This document shows positions 46,746 through 55,907 of a stretch of DNA of 64,000 nt, in pieces. Every line of letters starts with the position of its first letter. Position 1 is the first letter of the stretch. The translations under genes were made by a program, and so were the position numbers. The stretch lies in sequence record MH791404.1; one strand, given 5' to 3'. Below the pieces are notes generated by a model. That model did no database searches, had not been told where the DNA came from, and worked only from the letters and a program-made list of their open reading frames with translations.

Positions 46746-47141
46746 TTACTTTAGTTCCGTTCTAAGAAAGTTTTTAAACTCTTCTTTTCTCTTCTTTTCC
46801 TCTACGCGAGAGGATAAATTTCTCAGAGATGTTAAAATTCGTTCTTTCTCTTCCTCATTGAAAATATCATGAACTTTACCATCGTCATCATACATTATTG
46901 AAATTGGAATTGAAATACCCCATACCAACTTAACACCATCACCGATAACAAAAGTTGTGATGGTTCTTTTCGTGTGTTTGCGGCTAAGGTCACCACAACC
47001 ATCAATAATCTCAACGATCTTATCTACTTTTTCTTGAAGGGGTGTTGGTGTAACTGGGTTGATAACATCCCAATATTGAGGCTGCTTTTCTGAATTTAAA
47101 AGCTTAGAAATCCAACCCCAAAATTTACCTTTACCTTTCAT
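46746..47141 (-). CDS. hypothetical protein
   Basis: GAGGT SD. Confidence 0.75.
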   Translation of the reverse strand: MKGKGKFWGWISKLLNSEKQPQYWDVINPVTPTPLQEKVDKIVEIIDGCGDLSRKHTKRTITTFVIGDGVKLVWGISIPISIMYDDDGKVHDIFNEEEKERILTSLRNLSSRVEEKKRKEEFKNFLRTELK

Positions 47142-47142
47142 A

Positions 47143-47322
47143 TCACATCACCTCTTCGAAAATTTTCAGGTCCGATACAAACTTGATGTGTTTGTTATCA
47201 AGGAGATACTGACCGATCCCTTTTTCGGCGGCATACTTGTCTACGGCACGATACTCACGGGTTTCGTCGTACACTTGATCATCTTGACCAACATAAACAA
47301 CTTTAAACATATATTCTTTCAT
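47143..47322 (-). CDS. hypothetical protein, 59 aa
   Basis: Read by hand; GGGAG SD downstream of promoter. Confidence 0.65.
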   Translation of the reverse strand: MKEYMFKVVYVGQDDQVYDETREYRAVDKYAAEKGIGQYLLDNKHIKFVSDLKIFEEVM

Positions 47323-47350
47323 ATCTATTCTCCCTTGTTTTGATGTAGAT

Positions 47351-47379
47351 ATATTCTCACAATTTAAATTTTAAGTCAA
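47351..47379 (-). promoter_or_regulatory. early promoter
   Basis: TTGACT-17-GAATAT. Confidence 0.65.
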
Positions 47380-47702
47380 CTGATGTATCCAAACTTTTTC
47401 AGTAATTTAAAAACCGGTTCATCACCTGCCTTCGGGTTCCGCCAGCATTCATCACCACGAACCCATACGCGGGGCAAATGAAGAACCGGGTCGATGATTT
47501 CACCATGATATAGAGTTACCAATACCAATGATGTGTCTACCTTAATCGAGTTATCCAGAGATAAGGCAGCGATTCCGATTTTTTCTTCGAAATCAAACAC
47601 ATCGCCCATATTTTCAGAAACTACATAGTATTTCCAACCAATGTTTTTCATACCACCTCTCACAAAACAAATCCTATACCACATAGGGTACAGGATTTTC
47701 AT
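47376..47702 (-). CDS. hypothetical protein
   Basis: ORF tiles run. Confidence 0.7.
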   Translation of the reverse strand: MKILYPMWYRICFVRGGMKNIGWKYYVVSENMGDVFDFEEKIGIAALSLDNSIKVDTSLVLVTLYHGEIIDPVLHLPRVWVRGDECWRNPKAGDEPVFKLLKKFGYIS

Positions 47703-47708
47703 TTATAG

Positions 47709-47981
47709 TCAATCAATTTTTGGGTATTTCGGCACTGTTTTATCCACCCATTCACATTGATAAACCCTTTCGGTCTTCACATCGTATTTTTCTGGGATCA
47801 GTTCTTTTCCGAACGACACCCATAACGTGATCCACAGAACATATCCAGCCGCTTGATACCAAGTCACATCTTTATTAAAGAAAATCTGTCTGAGTGCCAA
47901 AACTAACAATGGAAGAAGAAACCCAATACAAACAATACCAATTGCCCACCACATACGAACTTCTAAGATTGGATCCATCAT
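47709..47981 (-). CDS. two-TM membrane protein
   Basis: Two hydrophobic helices. Confidence 0.75.
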   Translation of the reverse strand: MMDPILEVRMWWAIGIVCIGFLLPLLVLALRQIFFNKDVTWYQAAGYVLWITLWVSFGKELIPEKYDVKTERVYQCEWVDKTVPKYPKID

Positions 47982-48376
47982 GAAAGTGCTTCCTCTTTTG
48001 TAATAATAGTAAGTTCTCGGTCTCGAAAATCCCAGTTGTTTCCATTAACGCTACGGATCTCTGTATTTCTAGCTGCGTAAGCAGATCCTTCCCCATGCCC
48101 ACCACCAAATGTGGTAACTTCGGTTGTTACTTTAAATTTCTGACCGTCATCGTTCTTCACGTAAAATTCGTCGGGTAGTTGGAATTGTTTTTCTCCGACC
48201 ATTTTGACATAACTTGACGCCCAACCACCACCAGAAACATATACAACTTTAACACCAGAAAGATTTTTCTTCAAGATGTTACAAGTGTTTTCTAAAATGG
48301 TGATTAATTGTACTGTGTTTTCACAGAGTCCAACCATATCAGAAATCCTTGATTTCTGTTCTTCGAAAGTGATCAT
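47978..48376 (-). CDS. hypothetical protein
   Basis: ORF tiles run. Confidence 0.75.
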   Translation of the reverse strand: MITFEEQKSRISDMVGLCENTVQLITILENTCNILKKNLSGVKVVYVSGGGWASSYVKMVGEKQFQLPDEFYVKNDDGQKFKVTTEVTTFGGGHGEGSAYAARNTEIRSVNGNNWDFRDRELTIITKEEALS

Positions 48377-48678
48377 TTCATACCCTCAATACGAGATTTC
48401 AAAACCATCAACGCCTCTTCTTGGTTCTTTAGGTCAATCGGACGGTTGTGATTGTTGTACATATCCCATAAGATTTTACAGGACACATTATTGAATACAT
48501 TATCAAAGATCCTAGTACTTTCACTATAGTCGATCAAAGATATAATTTTTTCTTCTTTGTCGAAATAGATCCTAGTATATTCGTCGATTTTCAAAACATT
48601 GTTCATCATCCAACTAATCTTACCATTGGCTTCTGCAAAGAACAACCATTTTACAATCTCGTTTTCAATATTTTTCAT
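48373..48678 (-). CDS. hypothetical protein
   Basis: ORF tiles run. Confidence 0.75.
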   Translation of the reverse strand: MKNIENEIVKWLFFAEANGKISWMMNNVLKIDEYTRIYFDKEEKIISLIDYSESTRIFDNVFNNVSCKILWDMYNNHNRPIDLKNQEEALMVLKSRIEGMK

Positions 48679-48875
48679 TCAGGAACCACCCATTGAATTT
48701 CCAATCGAGAATAAAATTCATTATTGAGATCTACAACACACCATCCATCAAGGTCATCCCAATATTCGATATCATCTAGATTGATGCGCCACTTTTCTGA
48801 CTCTATGCGACCTTCTCCACCAGACCACACTGCAATACAGTACCCCTCACCGGGCATGATATTAGTTAGTTTCAT
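48675..48875 (-). CDS. hypothetical protein, MK.v..P..G family
   Basis: MKLTNIMPGEGYCIAVW. Confidence 0.7.
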   Translation of the reverse strand: MKLTNIMPGEGYCIAVWSGGEGRIESEKWRINLDDIEYWDDLDGWCVVDLNNEFYSRLEIQWVVPE

Positions 48876-49133
48876 AATATCCNNNNNNNNNNNNNNNNNN
48901 NNNNNNNNNNNNNNNNNNNNNNNNNNNNNNNNNNNNNNNNNNNNNNNNNNNNNNNNNNNNNNNNNNNNNNNNNNNNNNNNNNNNNNNNNNNNNNNNNNNN
49001 NNNNNNNNNNNNNNNNNNNNNNNNNNNNNNNNNNNNNNNNNNNNNNNNNNNNNNNNNNNNNNNNNNNNNNNNNNNNNNNNNNNNNNNNNNNNNNNNNNNN
49101 NNNNNNNNNNNNNNNNNNNNNNNNNNNNAAGTA

Positions 49134-49166
49134 AAAACCCTATACCAGAGATGATATAGGGTTTTG
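49134..49166 (-). terminator. terminator downstream of rnlA
   Basis: AAAACCCUAUA...UAUAGGGUUUUU. Confidence 0.75.
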
Positions 49167-49183
49167 GTTATACTGTCAATGGA

Positions 49184-50362
49184 TTATTTCCATTTAGTTG
49201 GAATAAATTCTTCTGGATACTTGATAATGACTGCCATAATCTCTGGCATCACTTCCAGATCTGGTGCTTGGAACATCTTCATCACGATGTTAAAGAACAT
49301 ACGGTCTTGTTTGAATGTGTTCTGCATGGAGATTGCGTATTCGCGTCGTTCCATTCCAGCACAAGCCTTATGAGCCTCTCGGATCTTGGTATAAGTTGAG
49401 CCAGCAACACCAACCACATGATCTTCGAATTCTTGGATTTTTGTTAGAGATAACGAATCATCCAAAAACAGTTGACGTAAGTCATCTGACACACCTTGAG
49501 CAACTGCAATCACCAAATCCTTGTTGTTGGTAATGGAGTCTTTCAGCTTGTGGCGAGCCACATATGATGTGGTCTTGATCTTAACTCGGCTACCATCTTT
49601 CATAACCAGAATGTATCCTTCGATCCCAGTTTCGTTGTACATGTTCGAAATCGCGGCATTAACATCCGTACCTTCTTCAAACATGAACTGATCTACTGCA
49701 TATTTGCGGAACACAGGAGACCGAATCAACTTGTTGTTTGAGTAATATTCCCCAGTATCACGATGGCGGACGTTCAGAATCTTGAGACTTTCTTCTGGAT
49801 ACATAATAACAATCTGGTTCTTTGGAGAACACCATTCCAGATTTACGGTATATCCCGCTTCTTCGCAATCGATAACGAAGTCCAAAAGGTCTGTATGGTT
49901 CACCAACCAACGATTTGCATCATTTGCCTGTTCGCTATTAATTGAGGTCTTACTTTTCAACATGTAGTTAATGCGATTGTCGTCTTCTGGGTCGATGAAG
50001 TGATAAGAACTCACCAAACTACCATCTGCTTTATCTTCATATCGGTCGATATTAGAATAATCCAATTCCAGTTTATCGAGTCCAACAACACCGGAATTTG
50101 TTAGGTTCCATGCTTGGCGTTCTGCTAGGTTGAAAAACTTTTCCATGGGTCGAGATGCGATCCGGTACGGTTCACCGTTAACCAATTCAAACATGATACC
50201 ACGACACTCTAGAGCGTCTGGGAGCATCCATTGGGTTAATCCTGCGATGTGATAGGAGAATACCCGAAAATGGTTTCCAATGGAAGACCAATGGTCACGA
50301 AAGAAGAAACAATCGCCATGTTCTTCGGTTAGCTTCAACAGGTTATTATAAAGTTCTTTCAT
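49184..50362 (-). CDS. rnlA: RNA ligase 1 / tail-fibre attachment catalyst
   Basis: LPDALECRGIMFE, IASRPMEKFFNL, KADGSLVS (motif I), EGYI, VKIK. Confidence 0.95.
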   Translation of the reverse strand: MKELYNNLLKLTEEHGDCFFFRDHWSSIGNHFRVFSYHIAGLTQWMLPDALECRGIMFELVNGEPYRIASRPMEKFFNLAERQAWNLTNSGVVGLDKLELDYSNIDRYEDKADGSLVSSYHFIDPEDDNRINYMLKSKTSINSEQANDANRWLVNHTDLLDFVIDCEEAGYTVNLEWCSPKNQIVIMYPEESLKILNVRHRDTGEYYSNNKLIRSPVFRKYAVDQFMFEEGTDVNAAISNMYNETGIEGYILVMKDGSRVKIKTTSYVARHKLKDSITNNKDLVIAVAQGVSDDLRQLFLDDSLSLTKIQEFEDHVVGVAGSTYTKIREAHKACAGMERREYAISMQNTFKQDRMFFNIVMKMFQAPDLEVMPEIMAVIIKYPEEFIPTKWK

Positions 50363-50541
50363 TCTGTAATCCCCAAATTGATAGTATTAAGATCTTTCAG
50401 TTCAGTTTCGGACAATTCGAATGTGACACACCCAACCTTTTTAGCTTGAGTCAAACGAGTCATGATATCGGCAGATCGTGCGATAATAAGAGTGATAGTT
50501 TCTAAGTGTTTTACGTCTAAATTTGTTAAGTCGACTTTCAT
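50359..50541 (-). CDS. hypothetical protein
   Basis: ORF tiles run. Confidence 0.65.
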   Translation of the reverse strand: MKVDLTNLDVKHLETITLIIARSADIMTRLTQAKKVGCVTFELSETELKDLNTINLGITE

Positions 50542-50813
50542 AGAGCGTCCATAATAGTTTGGGTATCCATAGCCGCCAACAATTCGGATTCTCCGAAATG
50601 GGCTAGGATATCTTGGATAGTGAAGTAACTTAATACGTCTGAGTCACCAAAGTGGCTAATAAATTCGGATATGGTAATTGAATCCATTACTGGTTCTGGG
50701 TCTACCTGATCTAATGTCAAGAAAATATACGGGTTGTTTCCATATCCACCAGAAATTTCAACACCACGAGCTTCTAATTCTACATTAATTCTATTCATAT
50801 CAAATCCATTCAT
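50538..50813 (-). CDS. hypothetical protein with internal tandem repeat
   Basis: TISEFISHFGDSDVL / TIQDILAHFGESELL. Confidence 0.7.
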   Translation of the reverse strand: MNGFDMNRINVELEARGVEISGGYGNNPYIFLTLDQVDPEPVMDSITISEFISHFGDSDVLSYFTIQDILAHFGESELLAAMDTQTIMDAL

Positions 50814-50979
50814 GGATCAGGCTATATTCTTCTTTTGTGAGAATAACCTGATTTGTTTTCTTATTGAACCATGGGTAATAAATCCATGTATACAAAGCAA
50901 ATTGTTCATATGTCATAATGTTTTCAAGATCGTCTGGATTTGTCAATTTTGCATTTTTAAGGTCAATTACAATTTGCAT
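50800..50979 (-). CDS. hypothetical protein, 59 aa
   Basis: Read by hand (MQIVIDLKNA...). Confidence 0.5.
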   Translation of the reverse strand: MQIVIDLKNAKLTNPDDLENIMTYEQFALYTWIYYPWFNKKTNQVILTKEEYSLIHEWI

Positions 50980-51179
50980 TTTAGGATATACCTTTCAATA
51001 ATTTGTAGTTCTACGATGTCAACCAATATAGTATCCACCAATGGAGACTTCAAAGCAGCAACCAACTTCAACAGGATATATTTTTCATCTGCGGTTGGGG
51101 TATCACTTTGAATAGTACGTTGGATCCACTCAAGTTCGGTGTTTTCCAAAACATATTCTAATTTAATTTCATACTTCAT
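50967..51179 (-). CDS. hypothetical protein
   Basis: Start MKYEIK after upstream stop. Confidence 0.65.
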   Translation of the reverse strand: MKYEIKLEYVLENTELEWIQRTIQSDTPTADEKYILLKLVAALKSPLVDTILVDIVELQIIERYILKCKL

Positions 51180-51181
51180 AC

Positions 51182-51403
51182 TTACAGATCCAATGCATGA
51201 ACCCAAGAACCAATCAGATACACGGTTCCGGTTTCTGTTTTTACATAACGAACTTCCCCATCAACTTCAATCTTTTCTGTGATTGGTGAAGTTACAATAC
51301 TGTCTCCATTTTCAAACCGGGTTAGACAATCGTCATAGATAAGACCAGAAAGACGATTTCCGGGTACTGGACGGACTTTAGAAAGTGTTGCGTGGTGTTT
51401 CAT
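51182..51403 (-). CDS. hypothetical protein, paralogue of 52500-52739
   Basis: G.IY.D...RF..G..IVTS.I...T.[ST]GTVY. Confidence 0.75.
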   Translation of the reverse strand: MKHHATLSKVRPVPGNRLSGLIYDDCLTRFENGDSIVTSPITEKIEVDGEVRYVKTETGTVYLIGSWVHALDL

Positions 51404-51406
51404 CTC

Positions 51407-51685
51407 TTATTCCTCAAATGATTTTAGAAACTTGATAATGTCAGAACGGATCTCTTTTTGAAATGATGAAGCTGGGTTATACGGATCAAAATCACAAAGG
51501 TCGTAATTTGTATCTTTCCATGGGTATTCACAAGCCCACGAAAGCATACCTTTATTAATACCATTATTTACGTAAAAATGATATTTTCCTTCATAACAAC
51601 GCACTTCCATTAGGTATTTGATGAATTCTTCTGGTGTGACTTCAAACCGATCCTTTATAATTCGTTCACGATGGAAAGTAATCAT
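51407..51685 (-). CDS. hypothetical protein
   Basis: ORF tiles run. Confidence 0.75.
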   Translation of the reverse strand: MITFHRERIIKDRFEVTPEEFIKYLMEVRCYEGKYHFYVNNGINKGMLSWACEYPWKDTNYDLCDFDPYNPASSFQKEIRSDIIKFLKSFEE

Positions 51686-51972
51686 ACCAAATTCTCCGCC
51701 TGTTTACGCATAAGTTCAAACCGACGTTTCGTGTCTTCTTCTGTAATTTCAGGAAACCCGATAATGAATTTAATATCACCACGTTCATGAGCTTTCTTGA
51801 GAATCATACCCATAATATCAGACTTACCCATATGGCTACAAAGAGAAGGGATATAGTCGATAACTTTCCCTAACGGTATACCACCTTTCGGGAAATGGTC
51901 AGTAGGGTACATAAACTGGACGTCCATATCAACGAAAAAATCTTTTGTCATAACATATTCCTCATATACCAA
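51682..51972 (-). CDS. hypothetical protein
   Basis: ORF tiles run. Confidence 0.7.
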   Translation of the reverse strand: MVYEEYVMTKDFFVDMDVQFMYPTDHFPKGGIPLGKVIDYIPSLCSHMGKSDIMGMILKKAHERGDIKFIIGFPEITEEDTKRRFELMRKQAENLV

Positions 51973-52270
51973 ATAGTTTGTCTAGTGATGGCTCAAATAA
52001 TTTGTTAACTACGTAAGCCAGAATATCGGCGTGACACAGTTTAGGTTTACAACAACACCCTAAACGCTTACCTTCAAGTTCTTTGAAATCTTCACGAGTA
52101 AGATTGCCTGTTCGGATCTGTTCTGTCAACCAGTTTTTATATTTCTCTAAAATAATCTCTCGATCTTCTTCTCTGCGTAGGGGGAAAGGATTCCCCCACT
52201 TAGAAGGGCGCATAACAACGACGTCACAAGGTTCTTTATTCAGGTTTACAGAACGACATCTATTCATCAT
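51962..52270 (-). CDS. DUF4326-family protein
   Basis: RPSKWGNPF...EL.GK.LGC.C.P..CHADIL. Confidence 0.85.
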   Translation of the reverse strand: MMNRCRSVNLNKEPCDVVVMRPSKWGNPFPLRREEDREIILEKYKNWLTEQIRTGNLTREDFKELEGKRLGCCCKPKLCHADILAYVVNKLFEPSLDKLFGI

Positions 52271-52499
52271 GGTCGTGTTCATGTATAGACATTGGTGCGT
52301 TTCCCCAACACCCAACAAATAGAAGAACCAGAAAAATAGTTACGATTAATATATATTTCATACATCACCATTATTCTTATCACCAAACTCCAACGCACGT
52401 TTACAACGTTCTATCTGATCTGGTCTCATTAACATAACAAGCCCAGTATCAGCCATTATAGATTTAATAGCTTCCCGAAGGACTTTTATTTGGTATTCA

Positions 52500-52739
52500 T
52501 CAGATAACATCATTATTGTCCTGCATATCTCCATATACCAGTTTATAAACTGTTCCGGACTTGGTTACAATATGTGTTGATACACCGCGACAATCTCTGA
52601 TATGCTCGATAATAACAGAAGTAACAATCTGTTCCCCATCATCAAAACGACCCTTGGTATCCCCAAAAATATAACCAATCGCTTTGTTTTCGTTAAACGG
52701 ATATGGGGACGCATTTTTTAAAATTGCATCATGTTTCAT
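52500..52739 (-). CDS. hypothetical protein, paralogue of 51182-51403
   Basis: GYIFGDTKGRFDDGEQIVTS...TKSGTVY. Confidence 0.75.
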   Translation of the reverse strand: MKHDAILKNASPYPFNENKAIGYIFGDTKGRFDDGEQIVTSVIIEHIRDCRGVSTHIVTKSGTVYKLVYGDMQDNNDVI

Positions 52740-52741
52740 TC

Positions 52742-52978
52742 TTATACCTCAATCAAACAATCTTCTTTGTCTGGATAACAATTATCGATATTATTGGGCC
52801 ACTTAACCCAAGTCCAACCCGTTGTGACAGGCCAAAACCCAGATAATTGGTATTCCGGAACCGGAATAACAACACCGACCACCCCAACTGGATTTGACAC
52901 TCCACCATTACCATCGTATGACCAACGGCTTTTCGGATCCAGTTTTACTAAAGTACCAATTTTAATATTTTTGTTCAT
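52742..52978 (-). CDS. hypothetical SH3-like protein
   Basis: KIG..VK...NP.G..G...V.W...N.Y. Confidence 0.65.
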   Translation of the reverse strand: MNKNIKIGTLVKLDPKSRWSYDGNGGVSNPVGVVGVVIPVPEYQLSGFWPVTTGWTWVKWPNNIDNCYPDKEDCLIEV

Positions 52979-52979
52979 T

Positions 52980-53318
52980 TTAACTCTCCGAATATACTTC
53001 AACAGAAAACGGCTCGTCGTCAAGGTGGATAACATGATTTAGTTGACCAAAATAATCGCAAATGGCACAAATCTTTTCTTCGTTGACTCCATATAGAACG
53101 AGTTCCCAACGACTGTACCCGTACTCACTTTCGGGATAATAAGAATTGTACTTAACTTCTGTTTGTACTGTAGCCAGCATAGAGGCTACACTATGAAGTA
53201 CATATTCTTGTTTATCCTTATCTTCTAATCCGGATTCGATGTATGCAAAGGTCTTACCACCGGCTTTGTCTTCGTAACCTTCGAAGTCATCCCAGATATT
53301 AATATCGATAATCTTCAT
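52980..53318 (-). CDS. hypothetical acidic protein
   Basis: ORF tiles run. Confidence 0.75.
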   Translation of the reverse strand: MKIIDINIWDDFEGYEDKAGGKTFAYIESGLEDKDKQEYVLHSVASMLATVQTEVKYNSYYPESEYGYSRWELVLYGVNEEKICAICDYFGQLNHVIHLDDEPFSVEVYSES

Positions 53319-53319
53319 A

Positions 53320-53697
53320 TCAATCTCCGTTAAAATGTACGTTCCAAACAGGACGATATTCCCTGATTAGTCGTTGTTCGTCTATATCCAACATCATACT
53401 AGAAGAACGGAAAACATACAACCATAAATTCCCCTTGTTGATAGTCTCTACCATCTTTTTGTTCTTGTCGACATTAGATTGTCTGGCGTTTCTCCAATTT
53501 ACACAATTCCTATACGTATCGAATCGCTTCCATAAATCATTTGCTTTGCCAATGTAGAGGATTTTAGATCCTCTTACAAATGCGTATACCACATTTTGGT
53601 AATAAGTTGGGACTAACATATCCCTTGATAACAAACCTTGTTCATCTAGATATAGCTTTGATATCTTCTTAAATCCCGGAAGCATATCATTCACCAT
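53320..53697 (-). CDS. denA: GIY-YIG endonuclease II homologue
   Basis: VVYAF...LYIGKA..L.KR...YR...E..LI..Y.P.WN; sits between td and rnlA as in T4. Confidence 0.8.
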   Translation of the reverse strand: MVNDMLPGFKKISKLYLDEQGLLSRDMLVPTYYQNVVYAFVRGSKILYIGKANDLWKRFDTYRNCVNWRNARQSNVDKNKKMVETINKGNLWLYVFRSSSMMLDIDEQRLIREYRPVWNVHFNGD

Positions 53698-54013
53698 TAA
53701 ACTTTCGAAGCATCTTATACTTTACAATCTGGTAATTTAAGCATGATGTAAAAATTGAATGGATCTCATGGCGAATAGATTGAGTTAGAGGAATTTCAAC
53801 ATCTTGTAATTTACAAAATTCAGAATGATAAATTTCCTGAATGTAACCACTATGAGTTAAATCATAAAAAGCTGCCTGCAACGGTTCCTCTATTTCGTTT
53901 TTTGGTAGATTGTCGAAAACAGACAAAGCAGAAACTATACGTTCCTCCATGATTTTAGCAATAGTCATTCCATTTTCATTCATACAACATTTTTCAGTAT
54001 CATGATAAATCAT
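53687..54013 (-). CDS. hypothetical protein
   Basis: ORF tiles run. Confidence 0.7.
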   Translation of the reverse strand: MIYHDTEKCCMNENGMTIAKIMEERIVSALSVFDNLPKNEIEEPLQAAFYDLTHSGYIQEIYHSEFCKLQDVEIPLTQSIRHEIHSIFTSCLNYQIVKYKMLRKFNGE

Positions 54014-54356
54014 TTTTATTTTTATTCCTAATATCAGAGCGACGAAACAACCGAGTGGAAATATTAAAATTTACCAATTCCAAAGTATATTGTTCATAAA
54101 TCCAATAATACAAATCATCAACGTTAACATTCGGGTATAATTTTAATACTTCATCGCTAATTTCATCTATAACCTGATCGGTTGGTTTATAGATATAAAA
54201 TAGTTTTGATAACTCGATGACAAATTTTTCATTGTCCTCAATGGCGTTCAATTCCGATTTGTGCTTTTCCATTCTGGTTCGAACGTGCTCATCAATAATA
54301 GGGAGTATATCCCTTGATTCCACACTATATTCACCAGACTCTCTTGAAAATTTCAT
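54000..54356 (-). CDS. hypothetical protein
   Basis: ORF tiles run. Confidence 0.7.
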   Translation of the reverse strand: MKFSRESGEYSVESRDILPIIDEHVRTRMEKHKSELNAIEDNEKFVIELSKLFYIYKPTDQVIDEISDEVLKLYPNVNVDDLYYWIYEQYTLELVNFNISTRLFRRSDIRNKNKNDLS

Positions 54357-54826
54357 TTTAGCATCCTTATAGCCTCTTTGGCTTTTTCAGAAGACAACCC
54401 CTCTCTATGGATCTTCACCAAATGACTATGATCATATCGAAGGTCATCAATAATAACGTATTTCTCAACACCCCTAACTTTAGCATACTCTTCTGCACAA
54501 GTAAACCGATATTCACCACCACCTGTATAATCAATCACCCCATCCAGTTTAAGACCAGTGATTTCAGTGAAAACGGTAGAACCAACACAACAGACATCAC
54601 CACCCCGAAACCAAGAAGAGATCCCTATTAGTTTAACGTCGTCATAAGCTCTCAGAACGTCGTATAGGTTGTTTAACATCCATGGGCATATAAGGTATAT
54701 GATTCCATTAACAACCTCCCATATCGCTTCTGATGAGACATATGACCCCACTTGGTTTGTGTGGGTAATTTCCGAAGTTTCGTAGTTATTCAAAGGCCCA
54801 TCTACATCTAAGAAAACATATCTCAT
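54353..54826 (-). CDS. HAD-family phosphatase (RNA-repair-like HAD type)
   Basis: FLDVDGPLN, ISSW, YVIIDD. Confidence 0.8.
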   Translation of the reverse strand: MRYVFLDVDGPLNNYETSEITHTNQVGSYVSSEAIWEVVNGIIYLICPWMLNNLYDVLRAYDDVKLIGISSWFRGGDVCCVGSTVFTEITGLKLDGVIDYTGGGEYRFTCAEEYAKVRGVEKYVIIDDLRYDHSHLVKIHREGLSSEKAKEAIRMLK

Positions 54827-55485
54827 ACAAGAACCTGCTCGGCAAGGATCGCTGAATGGCGCTTTAACTTGGTTTCCAAAGATTCGAATTTATACCAATC
54901 AGTCCATCGTGTCATTTCTTTACTCCCAACAGTACCAGTAAACCAATCTGTGATTAAAGGTGGATTATAAAATTCAGTGGAAATACTCATCCTAATGTTA
55001 TGACAAAAGTAGAAATTCGCGTAAAAGGTATTTTCTGAACCCAATTTCAAAGACCAGACTTTGGTTGCTAAAAAGAACTCAGTCATCTCAAAATGTGCAT
55101 CTGGTACGAAGGATTTAATAAAATATTTCTTATGGTCGAATCCCACATCAACCAATGTCTTGTAAAGGTCGGAAGCTACTTCAATCAACTCGCTTAGGTT
55201 AACTTTCCAATAATGTCCGAGGTCAATTACCCCGATATATGCGGGTGTAATATTTTTATTTAAAATATTGAGAATTCGCTTTCCAGAATCTGTTTGTGTG
55301 ATGATGAAATCATAATCCCATAGACTGAAAACAGATGCGCGATTTACTGATTTTAGTTTTGATTCTATCACTTGAACGTAAGACGATTCATGATTCATCA
55401 TACTTTTGATACCGGTCATAGCAAGAGATAGACAGATCGGATAACCNAAATAGTCCGCAGTANCTTTATGNANTTNNGTNTACAT
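54823..55485 (-). CDS. hypothetical protein
   Basis: 220-aa ORF; ambiguous 5' bases. Confidence 0.65.
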   Translation of the reverse strand: MXXXXHKXTADYXGYPICLSLAMTGIKSMMNHESSYVQVIESKLKSVNRASVFSLWDYDFIITQTDSGKRILNILNKNITPAYIGVIDLGHYWKVNLSELIEVASDLYKTLVDVGFDHKKYFIKSFVPDAHFEMTEFFLATKVWSLKLGSENTFYANFYFCHNIRMSISTEFYNPPLITDWFTGTVGSKEMTRWTDWYKFESLETKLKRHSAILAEQVLV

Positions 55486-55487
55486 TT

Positions 55488-55907
55488 TTATTCCTCGTCG
55501 TAAACTGGTTCAACAATAATAGATTTACCGTACTTAGTAAATCCTTCTTTGGTGCTATACACCATATTTTTAAGATTACCCTTTATCCAACCGGTTTTTT
55601 GTTCTGGTGTACATCCATCCCACGAACTCATCAACCCATCAGGATAGCAATTCTGGAAATGATAAACCTCAACGGGTTTATCGTATTTGTTTTCCATGTA
55701 TGAAATGGAAGAATAGATCGAAGACTTATCATAGTGGGTTGGGAAGATCCAGTTCTCAACATCACCATTCTTCTTATTGAGTGAAACTATTAGGGTGACC
55801 GTGTTTACATTAATTTTCATGNNATGNCTCCTATNNNNTTCTATACANNTANGATACAGAAAAGCCGAAAGCGTGTCAACACNTTCGGCTAGATTTTTAA
55901 GCAGCAA
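55488..55907 (-). CDS. hypothetical protein (start uncertain)
   Basis: Ambiguous bases near 55820-55890. Confidence 0.55.
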   Translation of the reverse strand: MLLKNLAEXVDTLSAFLYXXCIEXXRXHXMKINVNTVTLIVSLNKKNGDVENWIFPTHYDKSSIYSSISYMENKYDKPVEVYHFQNCYPDGLMSSWDGCTPEQKTGWIKGNLKNMVYSTKEGFTKYGKSIIVEPVYDEE

